64,000 nucleotides of DNA, taken from NCBI GenBank assembly GCA_937872385.1, contig CALMSO010000047.1, positions 78,660-142,659 of the forward strand. The letters run 5' to 3'. The number at the start of each line of letters is the position of its first letter. Within the stretch, counting starts at the first letter, position 1. Positions 53,568 through 63,787 of this stretch are shown in pieces. The position numbers were made by a program, and so were the translations under genes. The notes under the pieces were generated by a model, which was not told the DNA's origin, searched no databases, and saw nothing but the letters and a program-made list of their open reading frames with translations. This DNA comes from an uncultured Saprospiraceae bacterium (GTDB lineage: Bacteria; Bacteroidota; Bacteroidia; Chitinophagales; Saprospiraceae).

Positions 53568-56060
53568 TTAAAAAGGGTAGCCCAAGCCAAGATTGAAATT
53601 GACTAACTCATTGAAGCGGGTTTCGCCCCAGTGATACCAGTAATCGGCACCCCGTACGCTTCGGTCTTCCGGCACTTCCAATGGAAAAGGACTACGCATA
53701 CGCACGCCCATATCAAAGCGAAAGATGAAGTAGCTCATGTCAAAACGCAAGCCAAAACCAGTGCCCAATGCAATCTGCCGCAGAAAAGCATCATTAACTT
53801 TATACGTTGATTTGGCATCGGGGATAGCCCGTGCATTGAATAAAAATAGGGAGCCAGGGCGGTTGACATCTTCGCGGGTAGTCCATACATTGCCACCATC
53901 TAAAAAAAATGCGCCATTGAGCCGCCAGAAAATATTGAAGCGATATTCGGTGCTAAATTCCAACTTCAAATCGCCGGTTTGATAAAAAAACAAGCGGTTG
54001 CGAGCGCTTTGCGTAAGCGGATCGTCGTGCCCGCCCGGCCCGAGTCCGCGTATGGCCCAGGCGCGAATGCTATTGGGACCGCCCACGTAAAACTGCTTGA
54101 CGTAAGGCACATCGGTGGTATAACCAAAAGGTTGGGCTATGCCAAAACTAATCCGCGAAGCGAGGCTATTGCGCGGGCTAAACTGTTTGAAAAAACGGTA
54201 ATCCACCTCTATTTTGGCATATTGCGAAAAGTCAATATCGCCGAGGCGCAGGGTATCCGAGCGGAGTGCAAAAGCATTGTAAATGGCATTGCCTGTCCAT
54301 ATTTCTGCGCCAGCCAGCTCTATATTCAGCCCTCGATAGTGCGAATTGCCGTACCGGTTGGGGCGCGTGGTACGCACAAAGCTGAAATCTCGAAACAACA
54401 AACTGACAAACAACTGCTTGCCAAAGCTGCGTTCGAGAAAAGGATTGGAGCGCAGGATGGTATCAAAATTTTCTTCAATCACCGGTCGCAAAAAATCTAC
54501 TCCAACATGATTGACAATGTAACGGCGCGTGCCGGTGGGGTCTGATTTTTGCAAATCGTAGCCAAAAGTAGCGTTGAGCAGATTGTAGCTATAAAAATCG
54601 AGCAAGAGCAAATAATTGTAGCTGGCGGTGAGCCGAGTCTGGGCATTTTCGTGCAATAAGCGGTAGTACTCATCGCTAATTAGCCCTCCTTTTTTACTGA
54701 CGCGTGCGCTGTACAATCCGCGCCAAATGCCGAGATAATCATTGAAACGCGGGAAAAACAAATCGGTTTGCGCTCGCAAATCAATAGTATTCCAGAATCG
54801 GTTGTCGGTAAAGTTTGGATTCACTTCTACCCCTGCCGACAGGTTGGTGATGAGCAATTCGGCACCGCGAAACAAGTTGCGGTTGCGCAGGCTTGGGCTG
54901 AGAAAAACCCCAATCAAATTACCCGTACCAGAGGTGGCACTACGGTTGGTAAAATTGACATCAAAGCCGATGTCGAGTTCCATGCGGGTATTGCGCGTCA
55001 GCTCTATGCGAAAGTTCAGGAGCGTAGGGTCATTGGCATCTGCTTCTTCTACAATCCGCACGAATCGGTAAATAGACAGCGCCGAAAGCTGCCGGATGCT
55101 CAGGTCGTAGTTGTCTTGGCTATACACATCGCCGCGCAGCAAGTGAATGGACTCGGCAATGACCTGCGGGCGCACCTTGAAAGTACTATTTTTCGGAATG
55201 CGAAAACGATACCCCTTCACCATTGTATCCAACAAGTCGGCTTCTTCTATCAAAGGATTGTATTGCGAATAAATCGTCACATCGCCGATGCGGTACACCT
55301 TGTGGCTGCTGTCACGAGCTGGCGGCAGTATTTCAAAGTAAACGTTGGCGCGGCCCAAACGCAAGGTGGAGTCTGCTTCAATAGGTGCTACATAATTGGC
55401 ATAAAAATTGGCGTAGCCGTTGTTGCGCAAATGGTTCGTAATCCGTGCCTTTTCCTGCTCGTAGGCACTTTGCGTAAGTGGGTCGCCTGGCCTTAGCATC
55501 GAGCTGCGCCGAATGTCCTCCAATATTTGTTGCACATTGGTATCTTGGCTACTGAAAAAAACCGTATCAATAAGCATCTGCCTGCCGGGTTTTACACTAT
55601 AATGCACCTGTACTTTTTTATCATTTTTTCTATTAAAGACAGGATCCGCATGCACTTTTGCGCTATAATAACCATTATATTGCAAAAAATACTTCATAGA
55701 TTTGGCAGTACTATCGCCTATTTCACGATGGTAGATAGTTGGCGGCTCGGCAATGACACGCTGCTTCCAGCGGGCAAACTTGGTGGTATCTCTCGGTGGT
55801 AGGGTAGAAAAATAAAACCATTCGCGCGGGAAGAAAATCAAAAACCGGGTGTTGGGCTTTTGCTGATAAAAAGTAGCCAAATCATATTTTAAAGCGGTTT
55901 TACTTTTTACATGTTTTGCCTCTTCTAATTTTATGACGTTTTTAACCAACAACTGCTCATCGCCCGCAAGGTATTTAGTTGTATTGCAAGCAGATAAGCT
56001 GGCCAACAAAACCAGCCATTGCAGCAGGTACCACCATTGAAATGGGCGTATTTGAAACAT
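53568..56060 (-). CDS. Omp85/BamA-TamA family outer membrane protein
   Basis: Lipoprotein-like signal LASLSAC, a POTRA-like N-region, and a C-terminal bacterial surface antigen barrel (FYVGGPNSIRAW) ending NLGLGYPF. Confidence 0.75.
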   Translation of the reverse strand: MFQIRPFQWWYLLQWLVLLASLSACNTTKYLAGDEQLLVKNVIKLEEAKHVKSKTALKYDLATFYQQKPNTRFLIFFPREWFYFSTLPPRDTTKFARWKQRVIAEPPTIYHREIGDSTAKSMKYFLQYNGYYSAKVHADPVFNRKNDKKVQVHYSVKPGRQMLIDTVFFSSQDTNVQQILEDIRRSSMLRPGDPLTQSAYEQEKARITNHLRNNGYANFYANYVAPIEADSTLRLGRANVYFEILPPARDSSHKVYRIGDVTIYSQYNPLIEEADLLDTMVKGYRFRIPKNSTFKVRPQVIAESIHLLRGDVYSQDNYDLSIRQLSALSIYRFVRIVEEADANDPTLLNFRIELTRNTRMELDIGFDVNFTNRSATSGTGNLIGVFLSPSLRNRNLFRGAELLITNLSAGVEVNPNFTDNRFWNTIDLRAQTDLFFPRFNDYLGIWRGLYSARVSKKGGLISDEYYRLLHENAQTRLTASYNYLLLLDFYSYNLLNATFGYDLQKSDPTGTRRYIVNHVGVDFLRPVIEENFDTILRSNPFLERSFGKQLFVSLLFRDFSFVRTTRPNRYGNSHYRGLNIELAGAEIWTGNAIYNAFALRSDTLRLGDIDFSQYAKIEVDYRFFKQFSPRNSLASRISFGIAQPFGYTTDVPYVKQFYVGGPNSIRAWAIRGLGPGGHDDPLTQSARNRLFFYQTGDLKLEFSTEYRFNIFWRLNGAFFLDGGNVWTTREDVNRPGSLFLFNARAIPDAKSTYKVNDAFLRQIALGTGFGLRFDMSYFIFRFDMGVRMRSPFPLEVPEDRSVRGADYWYHWGETRFNELVNFNLGLGYPF

Positions 56061-56078
56061 AACTGAAAATCTCAGACG

Positions 56079-56858
56079 ATGACCGTTTCTCGAAATACTA
56101 TCAAATATATCAGGTCGCTTCAACTCAGGAAGTTCAGGCAAAAGTATAACAATTTCGTGTTAGAAGGCGACAAAATTGCCAAAGAAGTCCTCCGGCAGGC
56201 CAAGTTCGACGTAGCAGGGCTTTATGCGCTGCCAGCCTGGCTCGAAGCAAACCATATTTTATTACAAAACATTGATTCCGAATCAATTATACCTGTTAGC
56301 GAAAACGAACTCACCAAAATATCGGGGCTGGCCACGCCCAATCAGGTGCTGCTCATTGCCCGCCAGCCTCAGTACGATCTTGCCAACACTTCTATCAGCG
56401 GCCGATTCACTTTGTTTCTCGATGCCATTCAAGACCCCGGCAACATGGGCACCATCCTGCGCATTGCCGACTGGTTTGGGCTGCCGGCGGTGCTTTGCTC
56501 TCCCGACTGCGCTGATGTGTTCAGTCCCAAGGTCGTACAAGCCTCCATGGGCGCACTGCTCCGGGTGCCTACCATCGAAACAACCTTGCCTGAGGTGCAT
56601 CGCCAATATCCTGACCTGCCGCTGCTGGGCGCTGTACTCGACGGCGAGAATGTATTTCAGGTATCCTTGCCCACGCAAGGAATTCTTATAATCGGCAATG
56701 AAAGCCGGGGCATTGATTCTGCCTTGCAGCCACTACTGACGCAGCGTATTGCCATACCACCGGCAGCGGGCGGGGGTGCTGAGTCGCTGAATGCGGCTGT
56801 GGCCACTGGCATTTTGGTAGCCTTGTTAACGAACCGGCAATATAAGAATGTAGTATAA
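56079..56858 (+). CDS. TrmH/SpoU family RNA 2'-O-methyltransferase
   Basis: Motifs IKYIRSLQLRKFR...FVLEGDK, DPGNMGTILR, IIGNESRGI and ESLNAAVATGI. Confidence 0.8.
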   Translation: MTVSRNTIKYIRSLQLRKFRQKYNNFVLEGDKIAKEVLRQAKFDVAGLYALPAWLEANHILLQNIDSESIIPVSENELTKISGLATPNQVLLIARQPQYDLANTSISGRFTLFLDAIQDPGNMGTILRIADWFGLPAVLCSPDCADVFSPKVVQASMGALLRVPTIETTLPEVHRQYPDLPLLGAVLDGENVFQVSLPTQGILIIGNESRGIDSALQPLLTQRIAIPPAAGGGAESLNAAVATGILVALLTNRQYKNVV

Positions 56859-56873
56859 TTTGCGAAATTCGCA

Positions 56874-57284
56874 TCAGCGCTTCCCTTCGAGGCGATCTAC
56901 ATATTCAACCTCCCCCAGCCTTATTTTTATAGGAAAACGAACGGCCTGTTCCATTTTTACTTCTATTTTGCAAAAAATCGGCAAGTGCTCGTAGCGATGC
57001 AGGTTGGGAATGTCCGTACGACGTTGCAGTATGGCGTTAGAAAGGGTGGGCGGCAGATAGCTCGCCATGACCGGAAAAGCAGGTTTTGTAATAAGCGGCA
57101 GTGAGTAGTTATACCCAATCGCAACCCGTTGTAAATCAATTGATTCTATGCGTAGCTCCAGCATAGGTTTATCGCTCACTTGGGCGCTTAGAGCCGTTGT
57201 ACATAGCCAACACACGCACAAAAGTAGGTATCCCCTACTCTGCCGGAGCGGCTTCCGTCTTTGTTTGGTCGAGGCTGCCTTCAT
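56874..57284 (-). CDS. small secreted protein of unknown function
   Basis: It has a signal peptide (YLLLCVCWLCTTALSAQ). Its 5' end overlaps the 3' end of the upstream gene by 50 nt. Confidence 0.35.
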   Translation of the reverse strand: MKAASTKQRRKPLRQSRGYLLLCVCWLCTTALSAQVSDKPMLELRIESIDLQRVAIGYNYSLPLITKPAFPVMASYLPPTLSNAILQRRTDIPNLHRYEHLPIFCKIEVKMEQAVRFPIKIRLGEVEYVDRLEGKR

Positions 57285-58398
57285 ACAATTTATATTGCTG
57301 AAATTTACATTCTAACGCACCGTTAAATAAAGTCATTTTTTGCGAAGCACGCAAGCCAATGTGTTTCAAAGCCGCCAAATTGGAAGAAATCAGCCATGCT
57401 TCGTAGCCAGCAAAAGCCTGCTTGAGCCGATCGCCGATCATGCTATAAAATGCAGCTACATCTGCTTCTTGCAAGCGCTCGTCGTAAGGCGGATTGGTAA
57501 TGAGCAGCCCCGGCGGTGGCGGCGGTGTGAGCTTCTCGAAAGCTTGCTTGGCTACCCGAATACGCCCTCCTTCTAAGTGTGCCGAAAAAATATTCTGGGC
57601 ACTGGCCCGCACAGCGCGCATGTCTTTGTCGAAGCCGAGAATATCGCACGCCAAGGGCTTTATTTGCGCTTTGGCTTGTTCCAACACCTCCTCCCAGAGC
57701 TTGGCGTCAAAATTGCGCCAGCGCATGAACCCAAAAGCATCCCGATGTAACTGCGGCGGCGTGCCCGTAGCAATCAACCCCGCTTCAATCAACAAAGTGC
57801 CCGACCCGCACATCGGGTCAATGAAAGTAGCATCCCCCTGCCAGCCAGTATGCAATATCATACCTGCCGCCAGTACTTCGTTGATGGGCGCTTCCAGCGT
57901 GGTGGCCCGATAGCCGCGCTTGTGCAGGGAGTCCGCTGAGCTGTCTAAGGAAAGTGCGCACTGGTCTTCGTTGATGTGCAAATTGATGCGCAAATGCGGA
58001 AAAGTTACATTCACGCTGGGCCGCGCACCTGTCAGCTTCCGAAAATAATCGGCGATGGCGTCTTTGGTTTTCAGCCCGGCGTATTTAGAATGGCGAAAAA
58101 TTTCGGAGTGCGCGGTCACATCCACTGCAAAGGTCTTGTCAATGCTCAAATGCTCCTGCCAGGCAATGCGACTGATCTTTCGGTACAATTCATCTGGGCT
58201 GTCGGCTCGAAAATCTGCTAAATGTACCAATACCCGCAGCGCCGTACGCAACTCTAAGTTGGCCCGATATAGCAAGCGCAAATCTCCCTCGCACTCCACC
58301 GCACGCCGGCCCACTCGTATCGCTTGCCCGCCGATTTTCCGAATTTCTTCTGCCAGCACCGGCTCCAGACCGTGTAAGGTTTTTACAATAATTTTCAC
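57235..58398 (-). CDS. THUMP domain class I SAM-dependent RNA methyltransferase (RlmL/K-like)
   Basis: THUMP-like N-terminus, FIDPMCGSGTLLIEA (SAM motif I) and LITNPPYDERL (motif IV). Confidence 0.8.
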   Translation of the reverse strand: MKIIVKTLHGLEPVLAEEIRKIGGQAIRVGRRAVECEGDLRLLYRANLELRTALRVLVHLADFRADSPDELYRKISRIAWQEHLSIDKTFAVDVTAHSEIFRHSKYAGLKTKDAIADYFRKLTGARPSVNVTFPHLRINLHINEDQCALSLDSSADSLHKRGYRATTLEAPINEVLAAGMILHTGWQGDATFIDPMCGSGTLLIEAGLIATGTPPQLHRDAFGFMRWRNFDAKLWEEVLEQAKAQIKPLACDILGFDKDMRAVRASAQNIFSAHLEGGRIRVAKQAFEKLTPPPPPGLLITNPPYDERLQEADVAAFYSMIGDRLKQAFAGYEAWLISSNLAALKHIGLRASQKMTLFNGALECKFQQYKLYEGSLDQTKTEAAPAE

Positions 58399-58467
58399 AA
58401 TGAAAAGGAATTATTGAATTGAGAAATCAGGCTTGTTTATAAAATTTATACACTTGATTATCAATTG

Positions 58468-58489
58468 ATTACAACTAAATTACAACTAA
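58468..58489 (+). repeat. tandem 11-mer ATTACAACTAA x2
   Basis: Perfect direct duplication in the intergenic region downstream of the stop at 58497. Confidence 0.7.
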
Positions 58490-58496
58490 AAATACT

Positions 58497-59507
58497 TCAC
58501 CAATGCAACTGTACCTCCGGTGCCCTCGTGGAGCGCTCGCGACGGATACGATACTGCGAAGCATTCAACCCCTGCCGCCAAAGTGCTTTTTGCAAAGCCA
58601 ATTTTTTGGCTTTAAAATGCAAGCGATTGGCTTCGGCAATGGTAAAAATAACGCGCCGCTGCGAATGCTGGCCTAACCAATCAACAATTTGATACAAATA
58701 ACGGTTGCCCTGTTCTAATTCGCCTGCGGATGTATAAAAAACGTGCTGCTCGGGCCCCTGATCTATCGGCGAAAACCGAATGTACTCGGCGAGTTGACGC
58801 ACCTGCCCATCAGCAAGTGTGGCGGTTGTTGCGGGTAAAGTATCCAGCGTGCATAGGGGCAATTGCGAATGACAATCAATAGGCAGCAGCGGCGACGCCC
58901 GGTCAATCAATACATTGCCACAATAGGGCACCTCGCCCTCGGCGTGGCGGGCTTCTATCAACAAGCGATTGCAGGTGACTTCCGGCTGAAACTGAAAAAC
59001 ATACGCTTGCCATTCTGTATGTTTAATCAACGGCGACTCAGCCAGCAGCGTGCGCTTGTCGCAATGCCATTGTCCGCCCCACAGCAGCAAACGCACCGGG
59101 CGATCAAAATTCAGCACCTGCCGAGCGGTTCGGCTATAACTTTCGTACTGCGGCGAACGGGCGGCATACAAAGAAAACGTATAACAATGACCGACTTCCA
59201 ACGGAGTGCTGAGCCACTGGCTGACGGCTTCCCAGGTGTTGTTGTCGCGCACCACCATGCCAATGTAGGTACGCCCGTGCTGTGGCGGCTGCGTGACGCC
59301 GAAGTACCCAGCCGGGTGTGTATCGGGAGGCGTTTCACCGGTTTCACCACAAAAAAACCAGCCTTCGGGTAGGCGGCTGTGGCCGGGCATGTCTTCAAAA
59401 GAAGGATTCTGTAAAAAAATAACCGATTGTGCTTCGCCGGGCAGCGCGCACATGCTCAAAGTCAATAGCCATAGCCATCGGGCAATGCCCTGCTTACACC
59501 TTTTCAT
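58497..59507 (-). CDS. secreted protein of unknown function with a possible degenerate OmpA-like C-terminus
   Basis: It has a signal peptide (WLWLLTLSMCALPGEAQ) and an NPSFED-type N-domain. The C-terminal RRVIFTIAE...KAKKLALQKALWRQGLNASQYRI resembles an OmpA-C layout without the GHTD motif. Confidence 0.45.
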   Translation of the reverse strand: MKRCKQGIARWLWLLTLSMCALPGEAQSVIFLQNPSFEDMPGHSRLPEGWFFCGETGETPPDTHPAGYFGVTQPPQHGRTYIGMVVRDNNTWEAVSQWLSTPLEVGHCYTFSLYAARSPQYESYSRTARQVLNFDRPVRLLLWGGQWHCDKRTLLAESPLIKHTEWQAYVFQFQPEVTCNRLLIEARHAEGEVPYCGNVLIDRASPLLPIDCHSQLPLCTLDTLPATTATLADGQVRQLAEYIRFSPIDQGPEQHVFYTSAGELEQGNRYLYQIVDWLGQHSQRRVIFTIAEANRLHFKAKKLALQKALWRQGLNASQYRIRRERSTRAPEVQLHW

Positions 59508-60072
59508 ACTCCGATTTGGTATAGCCAAACAACATGACGTCCATCAATTCGCCACTGGGTCGGCGTATCTCCGAGCGCAGGTCGCCTTCTCGCCGGAATG
59601 CGCACTTGCGCGCTAAGCGCTGCGTAGGATAGTTTTCGGTGCTGGTGCGCAGCCGCAGTTTTTCGATTTGCAATTGGCTGAACGCAAACCGCATTACGGC
59701 TTGCACTACTTCCGTCATAATGCCTTTCCCTTCAAATTCGCGGTCAATAAAAAAAGTAATATCAGCGGCGGGCACGCGCCAGTCTAAGTGATATATTTTA
59801 ATGAATCCGATGAGCTGCGCCTGTTTATTATCCCATACGCCAAAGCAAAATTCGCGCTGCTGTAGCCAAGCGGCAATTTTTTCGCGCACATAGCCCTCAG
59901 CAGCTTCGCGGTCGTTGACCACATCGAGGGTACCCGGCAGCAGGTTGTTGATGCGATAGTTATTATTCTCAATCAGATGGAACAGCGCGCCGCCCTCTCC
60001 TTCGCGGAAGCGGCGAATGACGGTGCGAGGCGACAACAGGGCCGTATCTATATTGTACAATTGAGCTTGCAT
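59494..60072 (-). CDS. GNAT family N-acetyltransferase (RimJ/RimL-like)
   Basis: FEGKGIMTEVVQAVMRFAF acetyl-CoA-binding-type motif. The protein is about 190 aa. Confidence 0.7.
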   Translation of the reverse strand: MQAQLYNIDTALLSPRTVIRRFREGEGGALFHLIENNNYRINNLLPGTLDVVNDREAAEGYVREKIAAWLQQREFCFGVWDNKQAQLIGFIKIYHLDWRVPAADITFFIDREFEGKGIMTEVVQAVMRFAFSQLQIEKLRLRTSTENYPTQRLARKCAFRREGDLRSEIRRPSGELMDVMLFGYTKSEYEKV

Positions 60073-60168
60073 AGCTTCTTTTTTCGGAATGCTAAATTAG
60101 CTTTTTGTAGGCATACCTCCTACCCTGTGTCTTGGGGATTCTGTTTGTGGTCTGTTTTTTGTACTAAA

Positions 60169-61218
60169 TCAGGCTTTTTCGAGCGTAAAACCGAAGGTAG
60201 TACCAATATCTACGGTACTGCGCACATGAATAGTTTGGTTGTGGGCTTCTACAATGTGTTTGACAATAGCCAACCCCAGCCCGGAGCCGCCGCGCTCGCG
60301 CGAGCGATGTTTGTCCACCCGATAAAAACGGTCGAATATGCGCTTGAGGTGCTCTTTGCCAATGCCAATGCCGTTATCCGCCACCTCTACGAGGATGTAT
60401 CGGTCCATATCATAAAAACTGATTTTCGTGGTGCCGTTGTTATTACCATACTTAATAGAATTGCTCACCAAATTAATCAGCACTTGCCGAATGCTTTCGC
60501 GGTCGGCGCGCACCCGGTAATTTTGGGCGGCTCCTTCCTTGAATTCCAGCCGAATATGTTTGTCCACCGCTTTCATCTCCATATCCTCAAATACTTCCTC
60601 GGTCAGTTTTCTGATGTCAAATACCTGCATCTCCAAAATTAGTTCTTCCGATTCGAGACGGGCAATAGATTCAAGATCATCTACAATGGTGTTGAGGCGC
60701 TCCACGTTTTTAGCTGCTTTTTGCAAAAAAGTAAGATTGATCGCTTCGTCCTCCAGGCCGCCATCGAGCAAGGTATGCAGATAGCCCTGGATGTTGAAAA
60801 TAGGTGTTTTCAATTCGTGCGAAATATCGCCCAGAAACTGCCGCCGGTAAGCAGCCCACGATTTGTATTTATCAATTTCGCGGCGCTGGTCTTCGGCCCA
60901 TTCGGTCACTTCGCGCTCCACATCATCCATGATGTTGCTATTCATATCAATGGAGGTATTCTTTTCGTGAGGCTGGAGGCGCTCTTCGTGAATGGTTTTG
61001 TAAATTAATTTAATTTTTCGATAAATATATCGTTCGAGATAGTAAATAATAATTAAATAGCATAATGAAAATGTAATACCGGCCCAACTGAAATAAAACA
61101 AAAGTGGCTGCTTAGTAGCGCTGACGAGAAAAAACAGCGATAAAAACAGCGTAGAAAGGGCAGTAATTAACAGAGAAGTGAATATAGCAACCTGATTCGG
61201 TGTCGGATTTTTCAGCAT
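60169..61218 (-). CDS. sensor histidine kinase (two TM, HisKA + HATPase, PhoR-like)
   Basis: H-box DISHELKTPI, N-box LVSNSIKY, G-boxes DNGIGI and GGSGLGLAIV. Confidence 0.85.
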   Translation of the reverse strand: MLKNPTPNQVAIFTSLLITALSTLFLSLFFLVSATKQPLLFYFSWAGITFSLCYLIIIYYLERYIYRKIKLIYKTIHEERLQPHEKNTSIDMNSNIMDDVEREVTEWAEDQRREIDKYKSWAAYRRQFLGDISHELKTPIFNIQGYLHTLLDGGLEDEAINLTFLQKAAKNVERLNTIVDDLESIARLESEELILEMQVFDIRKLTEEVFEDMEMKAVDKHIRLEFKEGAAQNYRVRADRESIRQVLINLVSNSIKYGNNNGTTKISFYDMDRYILVEVADNGIGIGKEHLKRIFDRFYRVDKHRSRERGGSGLGLAIVKHIVEAHNQTIHVRSTVDIGTTFGFTLEKA

Positions 61219-61907
61219 TAAAATTCAAATTTATAGCCAATGCCCTTGATGGTGCGGATGTAATTCTCACCAATTTTCTCCCGTAGTTTGCGCACGTGCA
61301 CGTCAATGGTGCGATTGCCCACAATCACATCGCTGCCCCACACTTTATTGAAAATTTCCTCGCGGGAAAATACCTTACCTGGCTTGGACACCAACAAATA
61401 AAGCAGCTCGAATTCTTTTTTAGCCAACTCTATAATTACATCGTTTTTGCGCACTGTCACCCGTTCGCGGTCAATTTCGAGGTCCGCAATTTTTATAATA
61501 TCCGAAAAATCAGCTACGGGGGTCTCTTCGCGCTCGCTGCGGCGCAGTAAGGCCTTAATACGGCTGACAAACACGCGCGGGCGGATTGGCTTGGTGATAT
61601 AATCGTCGCCGCCTACGTCTAAGGCAGCGATTTGGGAATAATCTTCTTCGCGGGCAGTTAGAAAAACAATGAGCGTTTTTTCAAAATCTGGATTGCTGCG
61701 TAGGGTGCGGCACACTTCTACCCCATCCATTTTGGGCATCATAATGTCCAGAATGATTAGTTGAGGATGCTCGCGTCCGGCAATTTTAATCCCCTCCTCA
61801 CCGTCTGATGCCGTCAGTACTATGTAGCCCTCTTTGACTAAGTTGTATTCTAAGAACTCCAGGATGTCTAACTCGTCATCAACGATAAGAATTTTTACAG
61901 AATCCAT
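61218..61907 (-). CDS. OmpR/PhoB family response regulator
   Basis: Receiver domain (ILIVDDE, LIILDIMMP, K in ITKP) and a winged-helix C-terminus (RTIDVHVRKLREK, GIGYKF). Confidence 0.9.
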   Translation of the reverse strand: MDSVKILIVDDELDILEFLEYNLVKEGYIVLTASDGEEGIKIAGREHPQLIILDIMMPKMDGVEVCRTLRSNPDFEKTLIVFLTAREEDYSQIAALDVGGDDYITKPIRPRVFVSRIKALLRRSEREETPVADFSDIIKIADLEIDRERVTVRKNDVIIELAKKEFELLYLLVSKPGKVFSREEIFNKVWGSDVIVGNRTIDVHVRKLREKIGENYIRTIKGIGYKFEF

Positions 61908-62008
61908 TGTATTTCAGGTAGTTTTGAAATCTCGCACAAAATTAAACCTTTCACACTGTATGCTGTTGGGAGCTGTATTAAATTATTGTTAAGTTATTTA
62001 ACATGCTA

Positions 62009-62332
62009 TTAATCCACTTCTTTTTCTCTTTCCTCTAATGTAGCCAGCACTTTCGCGTATAGCTGCGCCATGCGGGCGGGGTCTTGGCGCAGCATAGTCA
62101 GGCTTTGATTAAAATCGGCGGCTGAAACATTATGTATTGTAAAAAACTGCTCATAAAAAATCGTGCCGATACTATCGCGCAAGCTGCCGGGCATCTCCTG
62201 CATGGCCGCTTCTATAAAATGCACATCTACCAGCATGTCCACCATTTTGGCTTCGTTGAGGGGTAGTGCTACCTGTTTTGAGCCGCAGGCCGCCATCATA
62301 ATGAAAATAGTAAGCATCAGAACCAATCGCAT
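62009..62332 (-). CDS. small lipoprotein, DUF4296-like
   Basis: Lipobox MMAACG. MVDMLVDVHFIEAA resembles DUF4296. Confidence 0.4.
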   Translation of the reverse strand: MRLVLMLTIFIMMAACGSKQVALPLNEAKMVDMLVDVHFIEAAMQEMPGSLRDSIGTIFYEQFFTIHNVSAADFNQSLTMLRQDPARMAQLYAKVLATLEEREKEVD

Positions 62333-62829
62333 CAGTCTAAATATTGTTTTGGATACATAAAATTCGCTACTTCAGCGGTATCGGGGCTGAAAGCTGCCCA
62401 GTGCTCTATGTCGGCATTGAGCTGTACAATGCCGCAAGTAGGAATATTGGCAATCAAGCGGCGCGTGAAATAATTGGCAACGTCGGTGAAGGTAGGATTG
62501 TGACCAAAGAGCAGCACCGTGTGCCATTCGTCGGACAATTGTCGAATAAGCTGCAAAATATCTTCAGAATAAGCTTCATAAATTCGATCCATGATGATGA
62601 TATCCGCTGCGCGTTTGCCAAAAGCTTCGGCAAAGAATGTGGCGGTAGTCAGCGCGCGATTGGCCGGGCTGGAGATGAGCTGGTCGGGTTTTACGCCCTG
62701 CCCGCTGAGCAGCTTGGCCATGAAAGGCGCGTCGCGGCGGCCACGGCTGTTGAGCGGCCGATCCTTGTCGCGCAATCCCGGATTCTCCCAGCTTGATTTG
62801 GCGTGCCGAATAAGATAAATCGTCTTCAT
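62332..62829 (-). CDS. histidine phosphatase family protein (SixA-like)
   Basis: The RHAKS catalytic motif (IYLIRHAKSSW) and GHNPT are present. The protein is 165 aa. Confidence 0.75.
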   Translation of the reverse strand: MKTIYLIRHAKSSWENPGLRDKDRPLNSRGRRDAPFMAKLLSGQGVKPDQLISSPANRALTTATFFAEAFGKRAADIIIMDRIYEAYSEDILQLIRQLSDEWHTVLLFGHNPTFTDVANYFTRRLIANIPTCGIVQLNADIEHWAAFSPDTAEVANFMYPKQYLD

Positions 62830-62957
62830 CTGCCTGTTTTAATTTGCTATCTGCTGTGAATATAGTACATTTCGGTTCAGATTGGTAATAAGCTAAGAAC
62901 AATTCTTCCGCTTATGATTTTTTATAGTGATATAAAATAGATAAATTTTCTTTTTGC

Positions 62958-63770
62958 ATGGGTTTTAAAGACAAAGTAATTTGGATCACGGGGGCTTCCT
63001 CCGGCATTGGCGAGCACCTGACGTATGCGCTAGCCGACGAAGGGGCGCGCTTGATACTCTCCAGCCGCAATGAAAAAGAACTGCAACGCGTGAAGGATAA
63101 CTGCCAGAACGACTGTAATATACTCATTCTCCCCTTAGATATTACCGATTTTGAGGCTATGCAGCCCGCGGTGCATAAAGCCGTTGAGGCCTTTGGTAAA
63201 ATAGATTTGCTCATCAATAATGCAGGGCTTTCGCAGCGCTCGCTTATTAAGGAAACCATGCTGGCTGTTGACCGGCGCATCATGGAGGTAAATTATCTGG
63301 GTACGGTAGCCATGACTAAAGCCGTACTGCCTGTCATGCTCGCGCAGGGCCACGGGCACATTGCCGTGGTCAGTAGTGTGATGGGCATCATCGGGGTGCC
63401 TTGGCGCTCGGCTTATGCCGCTTCTAAACACGCCTTGCATGGCTACTTCGATTCTATGCGCTCGGAAATGTTCCGCGATAATATCAAGGTGACTATTCTG
63501 TGTCCAGGCTATGTGCGTACCAACGTGACTATCAACGCTTTGCGTGGAGATGGCAGCCGCAACAACCAAATGGCTGAGGAAACCAGCAAGGGCATGGATC
63601 CCACTTTCTGCGCGCGCAAAATGCTCCGAGCTATCGAGCGCGAACGCGAGGAAACCTATATTGGCGGCTGGGAACTCAGCGCTATCTACGTGAAACGCTT
63701 CACCCCCTGGCTTTTCTCCTATGTAGTAAAACGCCTACGCTTTTCGGCGCAAGGCATGCGCAGGCGCTGA
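62958..63770 (+). CDS. SDR family oxidoreductase
   Basis: Motifs ITGASSGIGE, NNAG and YAASKHAL (Y-x3-K). Confidence 0.85.
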   Translation: MGFKDKVIWITGASSGIGEHLTYALADEGARLILSSRNEKELQRVKDNCQNDCNILILPLDITDFEAMQPAVHKAVEAFGKIDLLINNAGLSQRSLIKETMLAVDRRIMEVNYLGTVAMTKAVLPVMLAQGHGHIAVVSSVMGIIGVPWRSAYAASKHALHGYFDSMRSEMFRDNIKVTILCPGYVRTNVTINALRGDGSRNNQMAEETSKGMDPTFCARKMLRAIEREREETYIGGWELSAIYVKRFTPWLFSYVVKRLRFSAQGMRRR

Positions 63771-63787
63771 AGAAGATGAGCAAGCAC

